The position numbers were made by a program, and so were the translations under genes. The notes below the pieces were generated by a model. The model made no database searches. It saw only the letters and a program-made list of their open reading frames with translations, and was not told the origin of the DNA. From Eledone cirrhosa (Eukaryota), in contig OZ024744.1 of assembly GCA_964016885.1 (NCBI GenBank), forward strand, positions 50,406,001-50,470,000: DNA of 64,000 nt, given 5' to 3'. Positions 1 to 10,469 of this stretch are shown in pieces. Every line of letters starts with the position of its first letter. Within the stretch, counting starts at the first letter, position 1.

Positions 1-1040
1 GAAGTTCCCATGGGCAGCCAGTCTTAAACTCCTCTGTTATGGCTTGGAGGACTATAATAAACAAGAGCGGGCTGAGGACCGAACCCTGATATACTCCTAC
101 TTGTATCTGGAATTCCTCACTAAACTCCATACCTACTCTCACTTTACTGACAGCATCTCTGTACAAAGTTTGCACTGTCCTCAACACCTAGTTTCCTTAG
201 GGACCACCAGATGACAGATCGGGGTACCCTATCAAAGGCCTTCTCTAGGTCAACAAAAGCTAAGTATAGTGGCTTATTCTTCTCTAAGAACCTCTCTTGT
301 AGTTGTCTCACCAAGAAAAAGGCATCTGTTGTACTTTTCCCAGGCACAAAACCAAACTGCATCTCATCTAATTTGACCCTTTCTCTAATAAGTTGCGCTA
401 ATATCCTTTCTGCCATTTTCATAACCTGATCCATCAACTTTATGCCCCTATAATTGCTCCTCTCTAGAGCATCCCCTTTACCTTATGTTGCAATTTATGA
501 GAATATTGCTGCACCAGTCTTTGGGTATGACACCAGCATATATAGCTTGATTGATGATGCGTGCTACCAGTTTAGTGCCTACTTCTCCTTATGCTTTCAG
601 TATCTCAGCAACTATTCCCGACGGTCCAGCGGCCTTACCATTCTTCATTTCCTTAATTGCCTCTTGGACCCTATATTCAGCAATCTCAAAAGCTGGTTCC
701 TCTGTCTTGTCTACTGGGGATAATTTCTCTCTCTCCCATTCGTTCTCCATATTCATCAGTCTCTCATAATGACATTTCCATACCTCCTTTTTCTGATCAT
801 TCATGACACTAAGTACACGGCATCATTTCAGACACACTTATCTCCAACAACATCCTGATTTGCATTGACACACTGCCTTGCAATGTGGAACACCACACGC
901 CTCTGATCTTCCCATCGCAGAACATTGGCAAACCTCCTACTCTCAGCCTTTCTGCATGCTAAGTACACCTGACATCTAGCTTCTCTCTTAGCGGCTGTGT
1001 ATCGGTCTCTACTCCCACCATTTTTCCAAGCATTCCATGC
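1..1040 (-). mobile_element. RTE-clade LINE fragment (RT region), decayed
   Basis: Minus-strand peptides QFGFVPGKSTTDA..LYLAFVDLEKAFDRVPR and GKAAGPSGIVAE; closely matches the plus-strand copy at ~5600-6660; runs off the window start. Confidence 0.92.
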
Positions 1041-1076
1041 TAGATGAGATACAGTTTGGTTTTGTGCCTCGGAAAC

Positions 1077-1285
1077 GTGGTCGTGGAGGTGCGACGGCAA
1101 AAAAAGCACCCAGCCCACACTGTAAAGTAGACGTGTAAGTGCCACAGCAAAAAAGCACCCAGCACTCACTGTAAATGAGGTTGGTGTTAGGAACGGCATC
1201 CAGCTGTAGAAATCAAGCCAAAATCAGTTCCCGTCCCTCCCTTTCAAGCAGGGAAAAGCGGACGTAAAAGTGATGATGATGATAT
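1077..1285 (+). mobile_element. 5'-truncated SINE (RTE UTR-like body plus RTE 3' tail)
   Basis: GTTGGTGTTAGGAACGGCATCCAGCTGTAGAAA followed by CAAGCAGGGAAAAGCGGACGTAAAA(GAT)n; same as 10098-10432 and 20686-20838. Confidence 0.85.
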
Positions 1286-1309
1286 AAATATTTGTCATCA
1301 TATCATTTT

Positions 1310-1615
1310 ATATCATCATCATCATCAGGTCGAGCTTGCTCGGCTTTCTATGACACACTTCCTCCATCGATCTCTGTCTCTCATAGCGTTTGCCAGTTCT
1401 TCCGCAGTGCATCCAGTATCGTCCTCAAGTTGCTTGACGTATGTCTTCTTGGGATGACCAGCATTTCTTGCTCCATGAGATGGACTCCATAACAACACAT
1501 CACCTGCTATTTCTTCCTTGCTGTGCCAACAGTGGCCAGCAAATCTGAGTCTCTGTCCAAGTATTGACCTGTTGATAGGTGGTATATTGCCATTTTATAT
1601 GGTGCTTTTCTATGT
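1310..1615 (-). mobile_element. 3' end of a different RTE-group LINE
   Basis: Minus strand reads RLRFAGHCW and QLEDDTGCTAEELANAMRDRDRWRKCV..RASST*, followed by (GAT)n. Confidence 0.65.
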
Positions 1616-1619
1616 TTGC

Positions 1620-2520
1620 ATAGGTTGGATATGTCCTTTCCAGCAAAGCCAAACTCCACCGATACCGTTCTTCATCATCATCTGCGTGAGGTTCAGTATT
1701 TTGAGATCAGTTCTAACCACTTCTGCCCAGGTTTTTCTTGATCTTCCTTTACTGCAGCTTTTGTCCACTAAAATCACCCGGTACTTCTTAACCCAGTGTT
1801 CATAATCTATATTCATTGCACGTCCAAACCAGTGCAGTTTTCTCTCCAGCACCCTACACCTGATTCCCCTTAAACCTAGTTTTTTCTCTCAGTTCATCCA
1901 TGTCCCGTTGTTCTTATACTCTCCAGTTTCCGTATATCCTCTGCAGTTACTGTCAAAATCACACTGCTATGGAATATCACATTTTTTGTGCAGACATTAT
2001 ACAGTCTACCTTTTTCTCCTAGAAGAAATCCATTTGTTATCAACAGAGGAACTAGCACCCTAAACTTTTTCCTGCTTGTTCCATCTGGTTCTTATTCTGA
2101 TGTTACTAATAACTAATTTGTGTTGGGTGGTGCATTCTTCTCCAGGAAGAAACTTATCATTCACAACCATCTGTCTATTTTGTTTTCTGGTGATTATTAA
2201 GTCAATTTGGCTTGCATATTTGCCTAATTGGTAGGAATGATCTCTCTCGTCTCTACTTAGTCATGTCATATATTCTAACTCCCTCAATTTCCTAATATAC
2301 CCACTTCTCAGCTAGTAAAATGGTTACTCCACCTACCCAATTATCATTTCCTACCTAGAAGAGATTGCATTCAAAATATCTGATGTGAATAGTCTAGCTG
2401 TGGCATTCCCATATCTCGCCCTTTGTGCACAGCAGCCATCTACTCGTCTCCTCTCAAGCATCTTTGCAATTTCACTTAATCTCTCTTTCAGTCTACCATT
2501 ACCCAGAGATACTTGGGGCC
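1620..2520 (-). mobile_element. Highly decayed RTE LINE fragments
   Basis: ERKLHWFG..GRSRKTWAEVVRTDL (C-terminus) and EIAKMLERRRVD.CCAQ (endonuclease N-terminus). Confidence 0.7.
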
Positions 2521-2858
2521 ACCCACTCATGTAGGTGATGCAACTCCTACACAACAGCACAATCTTTGGGGATGTTGTGACTCCATCCACCTCCATACAA
2601 CAGAACAGCATCACATTCGGTGAGTCTGGAGTTAAGACTTTTAGAGAGACGTCTTCATTCACGTCAATGTGTCCGGTGCTCCATTCAACTTCTCTTTTGA
2701 GCCAGATGTTGTAACTCACTTTCCCATTTGCCTCTTTCCTTTGCCTGTCCAAAGCAGCAAAGTTTGAAAGAACATAAGCTTTAGTTAAAGTTGTCCTAAA
2801 AGCTATTAGAAGTTGAAGTAACAGACTATAGATATTCATCATCATCATCACTGTTTAA

Positions 2859-3079
2859 CCCTTTAGCATTTACATTACTCTATATTTACTATTGTATTTT
2901 TATGGTAAAGGCTTTATCTTATGTAATTATTTCACATAATATTGAATCTACAAGATTTTAATGTTATTTATTTTGGGAACCATACCTTAACGTCAGTATG
3001 AGTGGCTGGTTACAACCAGTTTGAACTGAAAAAGGTGAGAGAATTCTGGCCGGATTTGGCTGGTTTAAATGCTAAAGGG
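2859..3079. mobile_element. piggyBac-type MITE
   Basis: TIRs CCCTTTAGCATTTA / TAAATGCTAAAGGG flanked by TTAA on both sides (2855-2858, 3080-3083); inserted into the TTAA of an RTE tail. Confidence 0.8.
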
Positions 3080-4165
3080 TTAATATTCATTTTCCACGCT
3101 AGCATGGGTTAGACGAGTTGCCCCATTGCGAGACAAGCAGGATCTGATGACCATGACTTGCTCATACAGACTCTTTCTGACTTGGTTTCTATGGATGGAT
3201 GCCCTTCCTAATGCCAATCACATTTACTGTGTGTGCTGGGGATTTTTTGTCGTGTCACCTACATAACCATTTCTCAGTGTGATCTGGGCACTTTTGTCCT
3301 GACACCTACACAACCACTTTACAGTGTGGGATGGGGAATTTGGGAGGGTAGATCTATGTAACGGAGTGGTGTGTGTTCAATTCGGGCATGGGTGGAGTGT
3401 TAGGACATGGAAGGAGCAAGAGGGAGAGGGACGTGGATGGGGGAAGGGGTGTTAAGGCGTGGAGGTGTATGGAAGGGGGAGGGGGGAAATAGTGCGTACA
3501 AGATGTATGCTTCAACCCGTGCACATGGGGAGACAGATCTTCTGTATTACTTCATAATGCCAGAGATCTCGATCCTGTGCCATCGCCTTTGTGCAAGGTC
3601 AGCTTTTATCATCTCATCCCACATCTATGTCTTCCTACACTGTAGCTTCCATCAACCTTGAGCCCCCTTGCACCTCTTTATACAGCTGTCATCCTTCATA
3701 CACATCAGATGTCCATACCAATGCAACCTCCTCTCCTGCACACTGCATCTGATTATTTTTATACACAATTTCTCTCTCAGTTCATTTATGCTTTACCATC
3801 AAAGCATGGAAGCATTATTTCTTTCCAATCTTCATAGGCCCTCTGCATACAGCGCCCAGGTTTCACTGCCATGCAACATTGCTGTTCATATACATGCATC
3901 ATACAATCTGCCTTTCATTTTGAGAGGAAAACCTTTCGTAGTTAGCAGTGGTAGTAACTCACTGAACTTTCACCATCCCATTCTCACACTAACTACAGTA
4001 CTTTTAGAACATCCTCCTCCACTGCTAATTTGGTTGCTCGGGTAATGAAAACTATCAACTACTTCTACCGAGCCCTCTAGGCATTTAAAGAAGTTAATAT
4101 CTTGTAGGCTATTGCTATTTATTGCACCTGTGCAATGACCACATATAAAATCTGCATTATTTGAT

Positions 4166-4290
4166 TCCTTTTACGATCTGAGTTCAAATCCCGCCGAGGT
4201 TGACTTTGCCTTTCATCCTTACGGGGTCGATAAAATAAAGTACCAGTAATGCACTAGGTAATTGCTGGCCTTGTGCCTAAAGTAGAAACA
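4166..4290 (+). mobile_element. tRNA-derived SINE (MetaSINE-like core), 5'-truncated
   Basis: B-box GAGTTCAAATCCC; core GACTTTGCCTTTCATCCTTACGGGGTCGATAAAAT; TSD ATTATTTGAT (4156-4165, 4291-4300). Confidence 0.88.
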
Positions 4291-4489
4291 ATTATTTGAT
4301 AACCTACCTGAGATCCTACTCCATCATTTTTGTACCCATATATTGCATTTGGGGCATAGAATGGAGTTACTACCTACTCCTTTCCTGCACACTGAGCAAG
4401 GCCATTTTCCTGTTTTCCTTTCTACATACTGTTTTCTTTTCTCCATACATGGAGGGTAGAGAGAGCCCATGAGTCCAGTAAGACATCCT

Positions 4490-7400
4490 CTCTAGTGCTG
4501 GTGGCATGAATAAAAGCACCCAGTCCATGCTGTAAAGTGGCACTGGTGTTAGGAAGGGCATCCAACCAGTGTATCAATGCCAAAACAATTATAAGCACAG
4601 AAACAAGTATATAGGAACAACAACAAAAATATGATGACGTAGCATCTCAGAATTGCAACACTTAATGTTGGCACTCTCACGTGGATGTGTGTTGCGTGCA
4701 AGAGGTGAGATAGAGAGGTGTCTCCACAAGACTAGTCACAGGCAAACATCTTAGCTATAAACTTTTCTGGGTAGGTAAGCATGATGGGTTAGGGGGAGTA
4801 GGCATTTTCCTGGCTGAGAGATGGATCAATAAGACAATAGAGGTAGTTCGAGTTAATAATCAAATAATTAAGCTTAGTTAGTTTTAGCCAGGAGACTACT
4901 GACAATTATCTCTGCTTATTCTCCCCAAGCAGGCCTAGGCAAAGAAGAGAAAGACTGCTTTTACGAGCAACTTTTACAAACAACCGCAATGACAGAGGAC
5001 GGAGACATCGTTATGCTAGCAGGGGACTTCAATCGTTATGTTGGACAGCTCCAGGATGGTTACACTGGGGTACATGGTGGGCACGGTTACGGCTCAAGAA
5101 ATGAGGAAGGAGTGAGACTTCTTGAATTTTGTGATGCAAGTACACTGACTATTTGCAACACTAACTTCCAGAAACCTGCCAACCACCTAATAACCTACAA
5201 ATCAGGTGAGCACATAAGCCAGATTGACTTCTTACTAGTTAGGCAGCGGGACAGGCAGATGGTGTCAAATACCAAGGCATACCCTAGGGAAGAATGTACC
5301 CCACAGCATAGGTTAGTCGTTAGTGATATCTCAGTAAGCAAGAGATGGAATGAAACATACAGGAAGGTGTGGAGAAGAAAGGTCTGGAAGCTAAAAGACC
5401 TTTCACTAAAATACAAATTTAGGAAAGCCCTTCGAGATGTGTATGACGAAAAAGAAGACGATTTAGAGACGTATGACATAGATAATAACTGGAATTTCTT
5501 ACGTGACAACTTACTGCAGGCTACTGATGAAACTTGTGGCTGGAGCAGAGCTCCAACCAATCAGAGAGTGACCTGGTGGTGGAACAGCACAGTAGATAGA
5601 GCCATTAGAGACAAAAGACTAGCATGGAAGGCTTGGAAAAAGGGTAGGAGTAGAGAAGGATATACAGCCGCTAAGAGAGAAGCTAGACATCAGGTGTACT
5701 TAGCAGGCAGGGAGGTTTGCCAATGTTCTGCGACGGGAAGATCAGAGGCGTGCGGTGTTCCACATTGCAAGGTAGTGTGTCAATGAAAATCAGGATGTTG
5801 TTGGAGATAAATGTGTCCGGAATGATGCCGGTGTACTTAGTGTCATGAATGATCAGAAAAAGGAGGCCTGGAAATGTCATTATGAGAGACTGATGAATGT
5901 GGAGAACGAATGGGACAGAGAGAAATTACCCTCAGTAGACAAGACAGAGGGACCAGCTATTGAGATTGACGAATATAGGGTCCAAGAGGCTATTAAGGAA
6001 AAGAAAATTGGTAAGGGTGCTGGACCATCGGGAATAGTTGCTGAGATGCTGAAGGCATCAGGGGACGTAGGCACTAAACTGGTTGCACGCATCATCAATC
6101 AGGCTATATATGGTGGTGTCATACCCAAAGACTGGTGCAGCAGTATTCTCATAAATTGCTACAAAGGTAAAGGGGATGCTCTGGAGAGGAGCAATTATAG
6201 GGGTATAAAACTGATGGATCAGGTTATGAAAGTGGCAGAAATGATATTAGCACAACTAATTAGAGAAAGGGTCAAGCTAGATGAGTTGCAGTTTGGTTTT
6301 GTGCCTGGGAAAAGTACAACAGATGCCCTCTTCTTGGTGAGACAATTATAAGAGAGGTTCTTTAAGAAGATTAATCCACTATAATTAGCCTTTGTTGACC
6401 TGGAGAAGGCTTTTGATAGGGTACCCCGATCCGTCATCTGGTGGTCCCTAAGGAAACCAGGTGTTGAGGAATGCTTGTGAGGACAGTGCAAACTTTGTAC
6501 AGAGGTGCTGTTAGTAAAGTGAGGGTAGGAATGGAGTTTAGTGAGGAATTCCAGAGACAAGTAGGAGTACATCAAGGTTTGGTCCTCAGCCCACTCTTTT
6601 CATTATAGTCCTCCAAGCCATAACAGAGGAGTTTAAGACTGGCTGTCCATGGGGACTTCTCTATGCTGATGATCTGGTTCTTATAGCGGAATCAGTAGAG
6701 GAGCTAGAGAATAAATTCTGGCTATGGAAACAGCAGTTGGAAGCAAGAGGACTGAGAGTGAACCTAGCTAAGTGTTGATGAGTAGAAAAGAGGTGAGAAC
6801 TCTAATTCCGTCAGGGAAATGGCCATGTTCGATATGCAGAAAAGGAACTGGCATAAATTCTATAAAATGCACACAATGCAGATCCTGGGTATACAAGAGA
6901 TGTAGCAGGCAAACTAACAGGTAGGGAGAAATATGTATGCAGTAGATGTACAGGGAAATTAGACAGTAGAAGTCGCATTGATAGACACATTTTTCAAATG
7001 CAGGCGAGTGCTATAGAAGTGGTGGATAACTTCCGGTACCTAGGAGATCAGATTAGAATTGGAGGGGGGGGTGGTTCCGAGGCCATAGTATCTAGAATAA
7101 GGATGGGTTGGAAGAAGTTTAGGGAGTTGCTTCCTCTGCTGACGAAGAAGGGTTTCTCCCTGCATACGAAAGGCCGGTTATATGATGCCTGTGTGAGGAG
7201 CGCAATGCTGCATGGTAGTGAGACATGGGCAACCACTGCAGAGGATATGCGACGGCTGGAGAGAAATGAGGCAAGCATGCTCCGTTGGATGTGCAATGTC
7301 AATGTGCGTGAACAACCCAGTATGAATGTGTTGAGAGAGAAACTGTGTCTGAAAGGGATAGAATGTAATGTGCGAGAGAGGAGACTGAGCTGGTATGGAC

Positions 7401-7662
7401 ATGTGATGCGCATGGAGGATGACCGATGGGTGAAGAAGTGCCAGGAAATGCCAGTTGAAGGAAGACCTGGTAGAGGTAGACCACAAAAAACATGGGTGGA
7501 GGTGGTGAGAACAGACCTCAGATCGCTGAAGCTCACGGTGGAGATGACGAAGGACCGTGACAAGTGGAGAGATGCTGTGCTGAATAAGACCCGTCCCACC
7601 CTTGCAAGCAGGGAAAAGCAGACGTAAAATGATGATGATGATGACGACGATGATGATGATGA
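4490..7662 (+). mobile_element. Near full-length RTE LINE (APE endonuclease + RT), decayed
   Basis: LRIATLNVGTL start near 4640; GDFN and SQIDF endonuclease motifs; RT with YADD near 6662; LHGSETW; WYGHVMR; (GAT)n tail; several stops and frameshifts. Confidence 0.95.
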
Positions 7663-7827
7663 TACTAGGACTTTGGTCTTTACCAGGTTGACTTTAATAC
7701 TTTTGATTTTAGGTTTGGAATTTTCTTTCTTTTTCTTTCCTTAGTGTGATGTTTCAGAATTTGAAAGGTGGAGACCATATGGAGTGATAGAAAGTTATTT
7801 GGTTGTTGTGGGAGATGTAATTGGTGA

Positions 7828-8439
7828 CTAGACCACCTGTGACCCGTTGGGTCACGTTCGCTTCAAAATATTTTTTTAAATCATGTTCACTTAAAAATAA
7901 TTTTGAAATTAAAATATACACAGACATGTATATAATGTGAAATGAAACTGGAAGGCCCATATATATATACATATGTGTATGTATATATATATATATAAAT
8001 GTGTGTGTATACGTATATAAATATGTATGTATGTGTGTATATATATATATGTGTGGGTGTCAGTGATCTATATACACTGGTCATAGACACACACACATAT
8101 ATATATATACACACACACTCACATATATATAGATACAGAACATCACCACCAGCTCTCTCTTCCATTCTCCTTCTCTGTCTCCTCTCCCTCTCTCTATGTC
8201 TCTCTTTCTATCTACTCTGTCACAACCACTATCTCTTTCTCTCTATCCTTCTCTCTTTTTTGTTTATGAAGGAACCCATGCTCCAATTTACGCAAAACTT
8301 GTTTTATTTCATTTGTATTCCCATTTCAGGAGCAACTTCCTTTCAAAATATTTTCCCATTATGCGCCCTTTTGACTGTATTACATTACAGACAAGCAAGC
8401 AAGCAACCACAGAGTTTTAGCATTATATAGACAGATAGA
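7828..8439 (-). mobile_element. Non-autonomous Helitron-like element
   Basis: Minus strand starts A|TCTAT and ends with hairpin GTGACCC-AAC-GGGTCAC, then CTAG|T; internal (AT)/(AC) and (GCAA)n microsatellites. Confidence 0.65.
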
Positions 8440-9233
8440 TAAGTTGGTACTGTGGTTTGATATTCACTTACGGATTGCTTGGTGATGTGGTCATGTTTCT
8501 GTAGAGTGTAGGCAAAGGAGATTGATGGGCTTGATACAATGTGTCCATAGATTGCGGGTGTACAAGTGAGATACAGTGTTCATTATGATGATGATGATGT
8601 AATGATTCCTTAGGTAAGCAATACCCCCTGATCACATAGGAAATGAAATAAAAACCAAATCACCTCATAAATATATTTATTAATTTAATAATCTGCTATG
8701 GGGCTATTGTTGACAATATAAGAAAACAAAGCTTGTGTTATTGTGGTGTAGTCATGTGTGAAATAATTCAAACGATGTTATTTACCATGTTCTGTGGACT
8801 GAACTTTGTTGTGTTGGGCCCTTTGTCAAGAAGACCAAAGTGTTTGGCTGAGCGTTAGATCTCTGTAATTACAGAAAACCAACTATATGAGGTGTTCTCT
8901 CCTTTGAGACGAGAATAGAATGTTGCCAAGAAAGTCTTATCTTTGATAAACTGTAAATGATCCATCGAATGCTTTCCTGCAGACAAATTGATGTCAATTC
9001 GAAACAGTAAATTTTACAGCATGTGGTCACAATGACCTATTTTGCCAACATAGCACTAGAGTTCAAATTACTGCTACACATAAATATTACAGAAATGATT
9101 TAGTATTGATTAATGGAGGAACACACATTAGTTGAAACAAAATCCTTAGTAGATCTTTTCCTTCCAATATATATGTAAGTGTATACACTGGCACTCACCC
9201 CACAACCATACACACATCTCACTCTATATATAT

Positions 9234-10083
9234 ACAGGGTGCGGACAATATTTGTTCGCAAGATTACTGTCTAGGAAAAAATAACAGTAGTTTTATTTTT
9301 TAAGATATATTTATCAAACTTGGGTCAGTTTGTCTTCATGACTTGTTCTTTCGATCTCACTCGATAAACCCGCCATTGGCTTTGATGATGGCCTCAAGGC
9401 GGCCTCGGAACTGGCTACAGGCCTTCGTCACTGTCCCCCGACTTAGGCCCCTAAAGGCACTTGTGATCCTGGCCTTCAGATCGTCTTTCGTATTGCAGCT
9501 AGATCTGTTGGTGTCTAGTTCCACTGAGCCCCACACAAAGAAGTCGAGGGGGTTGCAGTCAGGCGAGCTGGGAGGCCAGATGTCAGGTGAAGTGTGGTTG
9601 ACGAAGTTCTCTGACAGCCAGGCTTGGGTCTTTTGGCTGGTATGGCAGGGCGCTGAGTCTTGCTGCCACACGTACAGCCTACCTGCAGCTACCTGGTTGA
9701 TCCAGGGCTTTACTACCTCGCTCAGAACGCGGATGTAGCCATCGGTGTTCAGCTAAGACCAATGTTGTCCTAAGACCAATGTTGTCGCTGGAAACTTTGT
9801 CTGCATGACTCTGGGCACGTCTTTGGATGAGACACCATTCTCCTGCTGACGCTGAGAAAGTCTGAAATTTCCTTATTTGTCCTCCCGGCGCGGATTCCAA
9901 GAAGAAGTTCGTGTCTCTTCCACAAATTTGGAGGTTCAAAATTATTCATAATCAATTATTCTGAAAATAAATAATGGAAATATAGTCACTGTTTCTATGA
10001 AGACAAGAGTGACAACGGAAGTAAAAAAAAATTTGCATAAAATTAGCAGTTGAAAATTGCGAACAAATATCATCCACACCATT
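9234..10083 (-). mobile_element. Tc1/mariner DD37D (maT) transposon, internally deleted
   Basis: QQDSAPCH..WPPSSPDCNPLD with 37 residues between the Asp residues; imperfect TIRs sharing ATATTTGTTCGCAA; TA flanks. Confidence 0.9.
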
Positions 10084-10097
10084 TATATATATATATA

Positions 10098-10432
10098 TCA
10101 TCATTCATCATCATCATTTCATTTTACGTCCGCTTTTCCCTGCTTGCAAGGGTGGGACGGGAACTGATTCTGGCTTGATTTCTACAGCTGGATGCCCTTC
10201 CTGACACCAACCTCGTTTACAGTGAGTGCTGGGTGCTTTTATACCGTGGCACCTACACGACCACTTTGCAGTGGAATGATAGGGACCCCTGGGGTCCCTA
10301 TCATTCCACTTTCTACAGCTGAGTAAACTGGAGCAATGTGAAATAAAGTGTCTTGCTCAAGGAAACAACACATGAACTCACAACCTTTCGATTGCAAGGC
10401 CAATGCTCTAACCACTAAGCCATGTGCCTTCA
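10098..10432 (-). mobile_element. Full-length tRNA-derived SINE with CORE/V-like domain and RTE-derived 3' part
   Basis: Head TGGCTTAGTGGTTAGAGCATTGGCCTTGCAATCGAAAGGTTGTGAGTTCA; TCCTTGAGCAAGACACTT; GGAAGGGCATCCAGCTGTAGAAA; tail nearly identical to the LINE tail at 7590-7660. Confidence 0.88.
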
Positions 10433-10469
10433 CTATATATATATACATACATATATATATATATATATT

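Larger units (their letters stand above)
2837..4430 (-). mobile_element. Decayed RTE LINE 3' half with long 3' UTR
   Basis: Similar to 14000-15200; (CAT)n tail at 2837-2850; interrupted by the MITE and a SINE. Confidence 0.8.

Noticed and set aside
2560-2830. Possible host exon (GTGAGT near 2620; ORF 2351-2851)
   Set aside because: No recognisable protein or clear acceptor site; the ORF is a fusion of a microsatellite, unknown DNA and an RTE fragment.
8450-9110. Possible exon or old coding remnant
   Set aside because: No sustained reading frame or motif I can support without a database search.
10370-10432. tRNA gene
   Set aside because: The tRNA-like sequence lacks a 3' acceptor strand and continues into a SINE body.
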